This document shows, piece by piece, positions 1 through 9,649 of a DNA stretch of 64,000 nucleotides. Both the position numbers and the translations under genes were made by a program. The stretch comes from Myxococcota bacterium (GTDB lineage Bacteria > Myxococcota_A > UBA796 > CAJQPC01), in assembly GCA_036229005.1 (NCBI GenBank), contig JAZAMN010000020.1:128001-192000 (forward strand), written 5' to 3'. Under the pieces are notes generated by a model. That model had not been told where the DNA came from. It saw only the letters and a program-made list of their open reading frames with translations, and did not search any database. Within the stretch, counting starts at the first letter, position 1; each line of letters opens with the position of its first letter.

Positions 1-1693
1 CGCCGCTGTCCTCGGAGCACTCCACGTAGCCGTCGCCGTCGTTGTCGATCTCCGAGGCCTCCAGGCTGCCGTCGCAGTCGTTGTCCTGGCCGTCGCAGAC
101 GTCCGCGGCGCTGGGGTGCACGGTGGAGTCGGTGTCGTCGCAGTCGTCGTAGTCGGGCTCGGAGCTGCCGTCCCAGCCGCCGGCGTCCTCGGAGCACTCC
201 ACGTAGCCGTCGCCGTCGTTGTCGACCTCGGTGGTCTCCAGGCTGCCGTCGCAGTCATTGTCCTGCCCGTCGCAGACATCCGCTGCGCCCGGGTACATGG
301 TCGCGTCGTCGTCGTCGCAGTCGGTGTTGGTGGTCTCGGTGTACTCGGTGGCGGGGTTGGGCGCGCACTGGCACACGAAGCCGCCGTCGGTGCCACCCCA
401 GCCGTCCTGGTCGTCGTCCAGGTAGTAGTTCTCGCAGTTGGAGTCGTCGGGGTCGTCGCTGGTGGGGATGATCTCCTGACCGTCGCAGTCTGAGTCGATG
501 CCGTCGCCACAGATGTCGTCCCCGTCCGGGTTCACGTCATCCGCGGCGTCATCGCAGTCCAGCCCCACGCTGCCGTCCCGCTGGGGGACCGTGTCGGAGT
601 CGTAGCCGTCAAGGTCGGCGTCGAAGTCGCTGTCCGCCCAGCAGTCCGCGTCGATGCCGTCGTAGGGCTGGTCCAGGGGCTCGTCGGACTTGGCGCGCGG
701 GTAGACCTCCTCGGGGTTCAGGGCGCTGTAGCCGTTCAGGGGGGTGAACTCGGTGGGCGTGCTCGCGCCGTTGTCCCAGCAGTCGAAGGGGTCCAGGCCC
801 TCGACGACCGCGCCGTCGGCGTCCCGGACCTCGGTGCGGTGGGCCGTGTAGGCGGGGTCGTCCCAGCTATCCGGGAAGGCCAGCACGTAGGCCGCGTCCA
901 CGTAGCCGTCGCCGTCCTTGTCGCCATCGTTGCCATCGCAGTTGTCGTCGACCCCGTCGTACCAGACCTCGGGCTGGTCGCTGGGGTAGATCGTGGGCTC
1001 GGTGTCGTCGCACTCCTCGCAGCGGGGGAAGCCGTCGCCGTCGCCGTCAAAGTCATCGTCCCCCCCACAGTCCTGGTCCAGGCCGTCGTAGACGGGGTCC
1101 GTGGCGCCCGGGAAGATCAGCTCCGGTCCCACCGTGACCGGGTCGTGGGCGCAGGTGTTCTGCACGTTCAGCGCGACCTCGCTCTCCTGATCCGCGCAGT
1201 CGTCGCCCGCGGGCTGACCGTCCACCCCCAGGGCGTGGGCGGAGTCCACCCCATCCCCATCCTGGTCGAAGTCCGAGTTGCCCCCACAGTCCTGGTCGGT
1301 GCCGTCGTACCAGGTGTCCGTCTTGCCGGGGTTGACCTCGTTGGCCGGGATCTGGGCCAGAGTGGGCACCGTCTGGTACTCGCTTGGCACGTCCACGGGG
1401 TCGTCCCAGCAGTCCCCCGCTGCGATGTGCGCCGGGAAGTTCTGCCAGGCGTCGGGGAAGTCCGCCACGTAGAAGTCCGGCACGTAGCCGTCCCCGTCCT
1501 GGTCGGCGTCGTTGCCGTCGCAGTCCTGATCGATGCCGTCGTACCAGATCTCCGGCTGGTCCCCGACCCCGGCGTCCAGGTCGTTGCAGTCCAGGCCAAA
1601 GGGCACCCCGTCCCCGTCCGCGTCGACCGCGGCCCACTCGGCGCTGCAGCCGGTCAAAAGGAGAAAGAGGGCGGGGAGTGCGAGGGGTCGCAT
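1..1693 (-). CDS. Large acidic lipoprotein with repeated putative metal-binding DCDD/DxDGDG motifs (MopE-related); runs off window start
   Basis: Not in ORF track. Read by hand from ATG at 1693: MRPLALPALFLLLTGC (lipobox), then DADGDGVPFGLDCNDLD... and many DCDD/DxDGDG repeats. Frame stays open to position 1. RBS GAGG upstream. Confidence 0.85.
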   Translation of the reverse strand, partial: MRPLALPALFLLLTGCSAEWAAVDADGDGVPFGLDCNDLDAGVGDQPEIWYDGIDQDCDGNDADQDGDGYVPDFYVADFPDAWQNFPAHIAAGDCWDDPVDVPSEYQTVPTLAQIPANEVNPGKTDTWYDGTDQDCGGNSDFDQDGDGVDSAHALGVDGQPAGDDCADQESEVALNVQNTCAHDPVTVGPELIFPGATDPVYDGLDQDCGGDDDFDGDGDGFPRCEECDDTEPTIYPSDQPEVWYDGVDDNCDGNDGDKDGDGYVDAAYVLAFPDSWDDPAYTAHRTEVRDADGAVVEGLDPFDCWDNGASTPTEFTPLNGYSALNPEEVYPRAKSDEPLDQPYDGIDADCWADSDFDADLDGYDSDTVPQRDGSVGLDCDDAADDVNPDGDDICGDGIDSDCDGQEIIPTSDDPDDSNCENYYLDDDQDGWGGTDGGFVCQCAPNPATEYTETTNTDCDDDDATMYPGAADVCDGQDNDCDGSLETTEVDNDGDGYVECSEDAGGWDGSSEPDYDDCDDTDSTVHPSAADVCDGQDNDCDGSLEASEIDNDGDGYVECSEDSG

Positions 1694-1859
1694 GGGTCAA
1701 CCTCAGGAGATCAAGGCGCTCAGGGTACCTGCGGTCAACACCCCGGCACAACCGAGGACACCCGGATGTACAGGGGCCGCCACACTTTCACTTGACGGGA
1801 CCGCCGCGGGCAATACCTGAGCCCCCCGACGCGAAGAGCCCGGGCAGTGAAGGATCCCC

Positions 1860-2783
1860 ATGATCAAGGTCGAGAACCTGACCAAGCGCTACGGCGCGAC
1901 CACGGCGGTCTCCGGCATCTCCTTTGAGGTCCCCAAGGGCGAGGTCGTGGGCTTCTTGGGCCCCAACGGCGCCGGCAAGACCACCACGATGCGCATCATC
2001 ACCGGCTCCCTGGGCGCGACCGAGGGCCGCGTGACCCTGGACGGCCAGGACGTGTTCGAGCACCCCGCCGAGACCAAGCGCCGCATCGGCTACCTGCCCG
2101 AGGTCCCGCCCCTCTACACCGACATGCGCGTGCGCGACTACGTGCGCTTCGCCGGCAAGCTCAAGGGCGTGGACGACCCCAAGGCCGCCGCCGAGAAGGT
2201 CATCGACCGCGTGGGCCTGCGCCCGGTGGCCCACCGCATCATCGACCACCTGTCCAAGGGCTACCGCCAGCGCTGCGGCGTGGCCCAGGCCCTGGTGCAC
2301 GACCCCGACGTGCTGATCCTGGACGAGCCCTACTCAGGCCTGGATCCCGCCCAGCGGCTGGAGATCCGCGAGCTGCTCCAGGAGCTGGCCCAGGAAGAGC
2401 GCACGGTCATCCTGTCCACGCATGTCCTCGCTGACATCGAGGCCATGTGTGAGCGTGTCGTGATCATCAACCAGGGCCAGATGGTGGGCCAAGGCCCCAT
2501 CGACGAGCTCTCCTCCGTCCTCGGAGCCCGCTCCATCATGCTGACCGTCGCGCGCCCCCAGGGCCTGCAGGACACCCTGATGGCCGTCCAGGGCGTGGTC
2601 AGCGTGGAGCCCCAGGGGGGCCAGTTCCGGGTCATCACCGAGGGCGAGGACCTGCGCGAGCAGATCGCCGCGGCCGCCATCACCCACGGCCTGCTGGAGC
2701 TGTCGGGGCGCCAGTCGCTCGAGGACATCTTCCTGCACCTCACCCGCACCCAGACTGCGCCCGACAGCGGCGCGGAGGCCTGA
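1860..2783 (+). CDS. ABC-2 transporter ATP-binding protein (GldA-like)
   Basis: Walker A GPNGAGKTT, signature LSKGYRQR, Walker B ILDEP, H-loop STH. Confidence 0.92.
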   Translation: MIKVENLTKRYGATTAVSGISFEVPKGEVVGFLGPNGAGKTTTMRIITGSLGATEGRVTLDGQDVFEHPAETKRRIGYLPEVPPLYTDMRVRDYVRFAGKLKGVDDPKAAAEKVIDRVGLRPVAHRIIDHLSKGYRQRCGVAQALVHDPDVLILDEPYSGLDPAQRLEIRELLQELAQEERTVILSTHVLADIEAMCERVVIINQGQMVGQGPIDELSSVLGARSIMLTVARPQGLQDTLMAVQGVVSVEPQGGQFRVITEGEDLREQIAAAAITHGLLELSGRQSLEDIFLHLTRTQTAPDSGAEA

Positions 2784-3565
2784 TGCGCAACACCTTCGCG
2801 ATCGCCGGCCGGGAGCTCCGCAGCTACTTCGCCACCCCCGTCGGGTGGTTGAGCCTGACCGGCTACGTCTTCCTGACCGGCTTCTTCTTCCTGGCCTTCT
2901 TGCTCTACTACAACGAGCAGGCCGCCACGATGGGCTTCAACCCCTACGGCGAAGCCGACATGAACGTGGATGAGTGGCTGGTCGCGCCCTTCTTCGGGAA
3001 CGCCAACATCATCCTGCTCTTTCTGTGCCCGGCGCTGACCATGCGCCTTCTGGCGGAAGACCGGAAGTCCAAGTCCCTGGAGCTGCTGCTCACCTCGCCC
3101 ATCTCGACCACGGAGATCGTGCTGGGCAAGTACCTGGGGGCCCTGGGCTTCGTGCTGGTGCTCTTCGCGGGCACCCTGCACTACCCGGCCCTGCTGATGT
3201 GGATGGGCGACCCCGACCCCGGCATCCTGGCCTCCTGCTACCTGAGCTGGACCATGATGACCGCCTGCTTCATGGCCGTCGGGCTGATGGCCAGCGCGTT
3301 CACCGAGAACCAGATGGTGGCGATGATCCTGGCTTTTGGCCTGCTGCTGATCTTCTGGCTGCTGGGCTGGATGGAGAGCGGGCTGGGCTCCACGGGCTTC
3401 CAGGCCACCATCAAGGAGGTCCTGAGCTTCGCGAGCCTGGTCAACCGCACCGAGGACATGCAGAAGGGCCTGATCCACACCAAGGATCTCGTCTACTTTG
3501 CCAGCTTCATCGGCTTCTTTCTCTTCGTCACGCACCAGCGCGTCGAAGCCTACCGGTGGAGGTGA
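2783..3565 (+). CDS. ABC-2 permease (GldF-like)
   Basis: RELRSYF..P start, TMRLLAEDRKSKSLELLLTSP motif, 6 TM segments; TGATG-coupled to the ATPase. Confidence 0.88.
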   Translation: MRNTFAIAGRELRSYFATPVGWLSLTGYVFLTGFFFLAFLLYYNEQAATMGFNPYGEADMNVDEWLVAPFFGNANIILLFLCPALTMRLLAEDRKSKSLELLLTSPISTTEIVLGKYLGALGFVLVLFAGTLHYPALLMWMGDPDPGILASCYLSWTMMTACFMAVGLMASAFTENQMVAMILAFGLLLIFWLLGWMESGLGSTGFQATIKEVLSFASLVNRTEDMQKGLIHTKDLVYFASFIGFFLFVTHQRVEAYRWR

Positions 3566-3568
3566 GTG

Positions 3569-5188
3569 ATGGAGACCCTCCGCAAGTACGCGTGGATCCT
3601 TGGCATCGTCGGTGGTGTCCTCGTTCTCACCTTCCTGGGCTCCTACGCCGCGCTCCAGACCATCCAGACGGGGTTCGGTGTGGTCGGTGGCATCGGGGCC
3701 GCCCTGCTCATCGCCTACCTCATCCTGGACCGTGAGGACGTCGCCGCCGTCGCGAAGTCGCGGAACACCTCCCTGGCCGGCGGGGCCGTGCTGCTGGTGG
3801 CGCTGGCCCTGGGCATCGCGGTGGCCGCCAACGTGCTGGGCGACCGCTACGACAAGCGCTGGGACCTGACCTCCACGGGCGTCTACACCCTCTCCGAGCA
3901 GTCGGTGCAGGTGGCCGCGGCCCTGGAGCAGCCGGTCAAGGTCTACGGCTTCTTTGGCATCGAGTCGGCCGAGGCCGGCGCCGCCTTCGAGGAGCGCATC
4001 GCGTCCTACGCCGAGCACACCGAGCTGCTGGACTTCCAGATGATCGACCCCGTCGCGGAGCCCATGCTGGCCCAGCAGATGGGCGTGACCTCGGTGTACG
4101 GCACGGTGGTGTTCGAGATGGGCGAGCGCAGCCAGCGCCTGGAGACCGACTACGGCGAGGAGGCCATCACCAACGCGCTGATCAACCTGAGCTCCGGCGC
4201 CGAGCACATCCTGTGCTTCACCCAGGGCCACGGCGAGCGCGACCTGGACGACGACTTCGGCGAGACCGGGTTCGGCGGGGTGATCCTGAAGGCCGAGGGC
4301 GGCAACTACACCGCCAAGAACTTCTCCCCCTTCCAGGAAAAGGGCATCCCGGCCGACTGCGAGGTCGTGCTGGTGGTCGCGCCGAACACGGACTTCCTGC
4401 CCATGGAGCGCGAGCTCCTGGCTGGCTGGGTGGCTCAGGGCGGGGCGATGATGGTCCTGCTGGAGCCCTTCTCCGTGACCCAATCCGGGGTTCACCCCGC
4501 GACCCCCGAGCTGGCCGCCGACATGGCACGCTACGGGATCGCCGTCGGCGAGGACATCGTCATCGAGGCGGACCCGCAGTTCATGCAGGCCGGGCTGGAC
4601 GCGAGCATGGTCATGCTCATGCCGGACAGCTTCGACTTCCACCCCGTGGTGCAGAGCCTGCAGTCCTTTGTGCTGCTGGAGCTGGCCCGCTCGGTGGAGG
4701 CCATCGAGGGCACCCCCGAGGGCCTGCAGGTGCAGGTGTTGGCGCGCACCAGCGCGGAGTCCTGGGCCGAGTCCGACCCCGCCTCCGCCCTGGAGGGCGA
4801 GCTGGAGCCGGGCGAGGGTGACAAGATCGGCAGCGTGGGCGTGATGGCGCTCTCGCAGATCCAGGACCCCAGCCTGCTGAACCTGGATCCCGAGACCGCC
4901 CCCGCCGACCTCAAGCCTGGTGGCCGCGTGCTGGTCGTCGGCGACGCCGACTTCGCGTCCAACAAGCTGGTGCTCAACGGCAACAACCTGGATCTCTTCC
5001 TCAACGGCGTGGCCTGGCTGGTGGGCGAAGAGGAGCAGATCGCCATCCGCGCGAATGAGGCCAAGGGCGGCCAGCTCAGCGCCAGCCTGGCGCAGCTCAT
5101 CCTGACCGGATTGCTGGTGATGCTGGTGTTCCCGGGGCTCGCCGTGGCCGCCGCGATCGCCACCTGGGTGGTGCGGCGCAAGCTGTAG
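3569..5188 (+). CDS. ABC auxiliary/GldG-like membrane protein
   Basis: N-terminal TMs, RWDLTSTGVYTLSEQS, FTQGHGERD, VLVVGDADF, C-terminal TM. Confidence 0.85.
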   Translation: METLRKYAWILGIVGGVLVLTFLGSYAALQTIQTGFGVVGGIGAALLIAYLILDREDVAAVAKSRNTSLAGGAVLLVALALGIAVAANVLGDRYDKRWDLTSTGVYTLSEQSVQVAAALEQPVKVYGFFGIESAEAGAAFEERIASYAEHTELLDFQMIDPVAEPMLAQQMGVTSVYGTVVFEMGERSQRLETDYGEEAITNALINLSSGAEHILCFTQGHGERDLDDDFGETGFGGVILKAEGGNYTAKNFSPFQEKGIPADCEVVLVVAPNTDFLPMERELLAGWVAQGGAMMVLLEPFSVTQSGVHPATPELAADMARYGIAVGEDIVIEADPQFMQAGLDASMVMLMPDSFDFHPVVQSLQSFVLLELARSVEAIEGTPEGLQVQVLARTSAESWAESDPASALEGELEPGEGDKIGSVGVMALSQIQDPSLLNLDPETAPADLKPGGRVLVVGDADFASNKLVLNGNNLDLFLNGVAWLVGEEEQIAIRANEAKGGQLSASLAQLILTGLLVMLVFPGLAVAAAIATWVVRRKL

Positions 5189-5254
5189 CCCTGATCTTTG
5201 GGTGGCGTTACGCCATCTGCGACTGAACCACCGTTCACTTTCCTGGAGCGACCC

Positions 5255-5560
5255 ATGGCTGACCACGTCGAGTTCTTCACCAAGACCCTCCCCGCCAAGT
5301 TCGAGGCTGAGCCCAACCTCAAGGACATCGGCGCGAGCTTCGCCTTCAACATCGACGGCGGCACCAGCTACACCATCAACCTGGCCGAGAGCTCCGTGAC
5401 CGAGGGTGCCGGCGCTGCCGACTGCACCATCAACGTGGGCAAGGACGACTTCGAGGCGCTGCTGGACAACCCCGGCATGGCGATGCCCCTGTTCATGCAG
5501 GGCAAGCTGACCGCCGACAACCTGGGCCTGGCCACCCAGCTCCAGACCCTGTTGGGCTGA
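5255..5560 (+). CDS. SCP2 sterol/lipid carrier domain protein
   Basis: ADCTINV..DDF, PLFMQGKL..NLGLA pattern; RBS GGAG. Confidence 0.85.
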   Translation: MADHVEFFTKTLPAKFEAEPNLKDIGASFAFNIDGGTSYTINLAESSVTEGAGAADCTINVGKDDFEALLDNPGMAMPLFMQGKLTADNLGLATQLQTLLG

Positions 5561-5620
5561 TGCGCTGAGGCTGCGGGCGCTGGGGTCGCTGACTCCAGGG
5601 CCCTCGGGATCCAAGAGAAC

Positions 5621-5650
5621 GGGCGCGTCCTTCGGGGCGCGCCCTTCTTG
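5621..5650 (+). terminator. Intrinsic terminator-like hairpin
   Basis: GGGCGCGTCC-TTCG-GGGCGCGCCC followed by TTCTT, between convergent genes. Confidence 0.65.
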
Positions 5651-5665
5651 TCTCTGGGCCCCCAC

Positions 5666-6454
5666 TCAGGAGCGGGGGCAGTCCTGATCGCGCATCCAGG
5701 AGTGCCGCTGCCCGCTGGCCGTCAGCACCAGCCCGCTGGGCAGCTCGGCGCGGTAGACCAGCTCCTGGACCTGCGCACAGCGGGTGCGGTTGCCCTGCTC
5801 GAAAGACACCAGGGTGACCTCGTTTGTGGGCACGGTCGCACGGTAGCTGATGGCCTTCCGACCGCCGTAGTGGGTTTGGGTCGTTGCCTGGAGGAGCTGA
5901 TCTGCCTCCTCCTTCTGCAGGGGCTCGGAGAGGTAGGTGGCCTCGGGGTCGTCCAAGGCGTGGCCGGGCAAGGGAAACGCCACGCGCACCTTGCCGTCGG
6001 CGGCGGGCAACAGCTTCACCATGTCCAGGCCCATGGACATCCACTGGCCCAGCTCATCCGGGTTGCTGAACGGCGCGCTGCTCCTGGCGCCCGGCGGCGG
6101 ACCGGGGCAGCGCTTGGGCGGGCTCTTCTCGACGTGCAGAGGGCCCATCGTGAAGCTGCCTTGGGGGGTGCGGCCCCTCCAAGCCCAGAGCGGTGCGCCC
6201 CCGCAGCTTCCATCGCGCACCCAGTGTCCAGCCTCGGGCCAGAAGCAGCCCTGCTGGGTGAGGGGCAGGTCGGTGTTGGGGTCGCCCTGCTGGGTGCTGT
6301 AGCTGCAGGGACCGCCGGGGGCGCAGACGCCGCTCTGGATCTCGTAGGTGATCCGCGGTGAGCCCTCTCCTGGGCAGCGCTCACTGACCTCCGTGACCAG
6401 GGGCATGGGCGGGAGCCCGGTGGCGGTGAGCAGCAGCAGGAAGAGGGTGTTCAT
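5666..6454 (-). CDS. Hypothetical exported Cys-containing protein
   Basis: Short hydrophobic N-terminus MNTLFLLLLTA; fills the gap between neighbours; no family recognised. Confidence 0.55.
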   Translation of the reverse strand: MNTLFLLLLTATGLPPMPLVTEVSERCPGEGSPRITYEIQSGVCAPGGPCSYSTQQGDPNTDLPLTQQGCFWPEAGHWVRDGSCGGAPLWAWRGRTPQGSFTMGPLHVEKSPPKRCPGPPPGARSSAPFSNPDELGQWMSMGLDMVKLLPAADGKVRVAFPLPGHALDDPEATYLSEPLQKEEADQLLQATTQTHYGGRKAISYRATVPTNEVTLVSFEQGNRTRCAQVQELVYRAELPSGLVLTASGQRHSWMRDQDCPRS

Positions 6455-6469
6455 GCCGCAACAACGCGC

Positions 6470-7312
6470 TCAGGCGGCGAGATCTTGCAGCGCTCCCCAG
6501 AAGCCCTGGAGCTGCTGGGCCTGGACGGTGAACTCGCCCAGGCGATGGCCGTACCAGCCGTGCCAGTCGGAGCCACCGGTGGCGACCAGCCCGTACTTGC
6601 GGGTGAAGCGGCCGAGCTCGCGCCGGGTCTTGCCGCCGATGCGGGGGCGGTAGACCTCCAGGCCTTGGATGCCCATGGGGACCAGGTCCCGCAGGTAGGC
6701 GCGCGCCTGGTCCAGCGAAGGGTGGGCCCAGACGGTGAGACCGCCGGCGTCGCGGCCCGCCTGGATGGCGTCCTGTACCGAGAGGGTGACCGGCGGGACC
6801 TTGCCCAAGCTGGTGCCGGCGTAGCGAGAGAAGGCGTCGCGCAGGTTCTCCGCGTGGCCGGACTGGACGATGGCCTGGGCCAGGTGCAGGCGGGTGATCG
6901 CGCGCTCGCCGGAGACGGCCCGCTGGTCGGGGGACTCCAGCACGCCGTCCAGGCCCATGTTCACCAGGGCCTGCTGGTAGCGATCGGCCCGGCGGGCGGC
7001 GAGCTCGGAGCAGAAGCTCCGGAACTCCGGGGGCATCTCGGCGGGGAAGTAGACCAGGATGTGCAGCTCGGTGTCGACGTGCCAGCCGGAGAGCTCCACC
7101 GCGTGCAGCAGGTGGATGTCGTGGCCGTCGATGGTCTGCGGGCCGGCGGGGAGCTGCGCGGGCAGGTCGTGGTCGGTGAGGGCGAGCACGTCGATCTTCC
7201 CGGCCACCGCCTGCGCGAGGACCGTGTCCGGGTCGAAGCGCCCGTCGGAGCCCGTGCTGTGCAGGTGCAGGTCAAGGCGGGCGTTGGGGTGCAGTGTGGG
7301 CAGCGGAGTCAT
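6470..7312 (-). CDS. PHP-domain phosphoesterase (YciV/TrpH-like)
   Basis: DLHLHSTGSDG, ALTDHD, LHILVY, WAHP, TGGSDWHG; start set to MTPLPTL. Confidence 0.9.
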   Translation of the reverse strand: MTPLPTLHPNARLDLHLHSTGSDGRFDPDTVLAQAVAGKIDVLALTDHDLPAQLPAGPQTIDGHDIHLLHAVELSGWHVDTELHILVYFPAEMPPEFRSFCSELAARRADRYQQALVNMGLDGVLESPDQRAVSGERAITRLHLAQAIVQSGHAENLRDAFSRYAGTSLGKVPPVTLSVQDAIQAGRDAGGLTVWAHPSLDQARAYLRDLVPMGIQGLEVYRPRIGGKTRRELGRFTRKYGLVATGGSDWHGWYGHRLGEFTVQAQQLQGFWGALQDLAA

Positions 7313-7343
7313 CACCTGCACCTGTAACGCGGCGCGCTCGCGG

Positions 7344-8333
7344 TCAGGAGCGCAGGCTGGCGTATGCGGCGTCCAGGAGCAGCAGCTCCTCCAGCTCGGC
7401 CCAGGTGGAGAGGGTCTGCAGGAGCGCCCGACGACGGGCCAGATAGTCGGCGCGCAGGGGCTGCCCCCGCTCCCACCCGAGCTGCAGGTAGGGGTCGTGC
7501 AGGCCGGCCGAGAAGGTGCGCCACTGCTCCGTTGCCCGCTGCACGGCGGCTCGCGCACGGTTGGGGGCCAGGCCGCCGCGGTAGGCCTGTCGCACCAGGG
7601 ACTCCTGGGCGGTGGGCTGCAGCAGCCCCTGCAGCATCAGGCCACGCAGGCCTTCGGCCAGGTCCACCATCGCCTGGCTCCGACGCTCGCTGGGGAGGCG
7701 TCGATCCTGCTCCCGCTGCTTCCCCCGGCGGGCCAGCTCCCGGCTGCGCTCGAGCGTGCTCCGGCTGCTGGTCGGACGGCCCAGGCGCTCCACCCGGTGT
7801 TGCTCAGGGACCTCCCGCGGCGGGGGCGGGGGCTTGGGCGGGTTGGAGGGCGCGGGCACCGTGATCAGCGACTGGGTCTCCCGCAGCGACACGCCCAGGC
7901 GCTTGGCCTCGCGCCCCAGCAGGCGCATGCGCTGGTCGGAGTTCAGCCCTCGGGCCAGCTTGAGCCCCTCCCAGAATTCCCGGAGGGTCTGTTCAGGGGA
8001 GCGCTCGACGGGCAGAGGCGCCGGCTCCGGCGCGCTCAGGGTCTGGGGCGTCGGGTCCAGCACCGGCGCCGGGGGCACATCCATCAGGGTCGCGCCCGCG
8101 AGCACCACCCGCTCCACGGCGTTCTTGTGGCGCAGCATGTGGTGAGCCAGCGTGCCATAGCGTGGGTTGTTCAGCCGAGCCTGGGCCCAGCGGAGCTGGC
8201 CTCCCAGGGCGAGCTTGGCCTGCTGCGGACTGTAGGCCTGGGGCAGGTCGAGCCACTCCAGCACAGAGCCCACCCCGAGCATCCCCAGGAGCTCCGTGAC
8301 CTCGGTCGGCTGTGAGTCGGACGCCATGTTCAT
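7344..8333 (-). CDS. Hypothetical protein, helical with Pro-rich linkers
   Basis: Long ORF; RBS-like GAGGAAG before ATG at 8333; C-terminal DPYLQLG faintly J-domain-like. Confidence 0.6.
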   Translation of the reverse strand: MNMASDSQPTEVTELLGMLGVGSVLEWLDLPQAYSPQQAKLALGGQLRWAQARLNNPRYGTLAHHMLRHKNAVERVVLAGATLMDVPPAPVLDPTPQTLSAPEPAPLPVERSPEQTLREFWEGLKLARGLNSDQRMRLLGREAKRLGVSLRETQSLITVPAPSNPPKPPPPPREVPEQHRVERLGRPTSSRSTLERSRELARRGKQREQDRRLPSERRSQAMVDLAEGLRGLMLQGLLQPTAQESLVRQAYRGGLAPNRARAAVQRATEQWRTFSAGLHDPYLQLGWERGQPLRADYLARRRALLQTLSTWAELEELLLLDAAYASLRS

Positions 8334-8650
8334 CTGCCCTTCCTCCACACCATACGCACCTTTGTACAGACCCTGCCCCTGGAACTCTCCTACCCCCCTC
8401 TGACGTTCGCGCCAAAGGTCGGATTTGTCCGGGCTTTCGTCTCGACGTGCCAATCTCTCTCGCTTCCGGAATGCAACTTAGATGAAAGCGCCCAACGATT
8501 CCATTGCGAGCCATTACGAACGCCGGATTTCGCCGAGAGACCCGTCGCCACCCGTCACCAGCCGCACCGAGTCGTCAAAGCCTGTCACGCCGCCGAAGAT
8601 CCGCCCCAGGGGCCCGTCCACGCAGACAGACCCCAACGGAGGAGACCGAC

Positions 8651-9607
8651 ATGTTCATCGCCATCGCCCTCTCTCAAGCCGCCCTCGCCGGAGTCCCCGA
8701 GGGCGATCTCAAGATGACCCGCGTCGCCCTGGACGGCAGCGCCCTCTCCTACAACCTGGACGCCAAGAGCTGGGAGGGCCTGGTCGTCCGCGACGCCCCC
8801 GCGACCCTGGCCGTCTTCCAGGGCTCCACCCTGTTGTGGAGCGCCCCCATCCAGCGCGAGTCCGGCACCATCCACCTGCCCGAGGCCCCGCGCGGCTCCG
8901 CCCCCATCTCCGTCCAGGTCATCGCCTTCCGCGGCGCCTGGATGGCCCGCAGCCTCAACGGCCAGGAGCGCCTGATCGTGGACTCCGGGAGGAAGCAGGG
9001 CGGCGGCAAGGGACATGGCGGGTCCCACCGTGACCACAGCCATGGCCAGAGCCACCGTCAGGCCACCTTCTCCATCAGCGAGGTCATCGAGGCCTGCGAT
9101 GACGCCTTCTACGACAGCGGCCGCGAGCTCCAGTGCGTGAACGCCGCCAAGGTCGCCATCGTCGACCCCACCCCGATGATCGCCGCCTGCGACGACGCCT
9201 TCTACAGCGAGAGCCAGGTCCTGGCCTGCGTGCAGACCGCCGCCATCGCCCGAGAGGACATCGCCCCCCTGATCGACGCCTGTGACGACGCCATGTACGA
9301 GGAGCGCTCCACCCAGCGCTGCATCGCGGCCGCCGCCGCCACCACCGAGCGGCGCGACCACCCCAGCATGGCCCGGATGGAGCAGACCATCGAGGCCTGT
9401 GACGACGCCTTCTACGCCGACGCCAGCATCGCCTCCTGCGTGGAAGGTGCCCTGGGTCACGGCCGCGGCGCCGAGGTGGTCGCCGCCTGCGACGACGCCT
9501 ACTACAGCGAGCGCGACACCCTGGCCTGCATGACCGCCAGCCTCCCCGCCGCCCGCCGCGAAGAGGAGGCCGTGGCCGATTCCCGGGGACACCAGCGCCC
9601 CCGCTGA
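8651..9607 (+). CDS. Exported protein with five ACDDA[FMY]Y-x7-C repeats
   Basis: RBS GGAGGAG, short signal MFIAIALSQAALA, His-rich linker, five Cys-pair repeats. Confidence 0.8.
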   Translation: MFIAIALSQAALAGVPEGDLKMTRVALDGSALSYNLDAKSWEGLVVRDAPATLAVFQGSTLLWSAPIQRESGTIHLPEAPRGSAPISVQVIAFRGAWMARSLNGQERLIVDSGRKQGGGKGHGGSHRDHSHGQSHRQATFSISEVIEACDDAFYDSGRELQCVNAAKVAIVDPTPMIAACDDAFYSESQVLACVQTAAIAREDIAPLIDACDDAMYEERSTQRCIAAAAATTERRDHPSMARMEQTIEACDDAFYADASIASCVEGALGHGRGAEVVAACDDAYYSERDTLACMTASLPAARREEEAVADSRGHQRPR

Positions 9608-9649
9608 GGGGACCGGGGCCGCTCCAGGGATTGGGCGGCCCCGCAGCGC

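Noticed and set aside
1860..5188. Assigning gliding-motility function (gldA/F/G symbols)
   Set aside because: The family resemblance is clear, but such ABC systems are widespread outside Bacteroidota; function cannot be inferred from sequence.
8471..8487. Second Zur-like box ATGCAAC-TTA-GATGAAA
   Set aside because: Only the left half matches and the right half breaks the palindrome; too weak without a position weight matrix.
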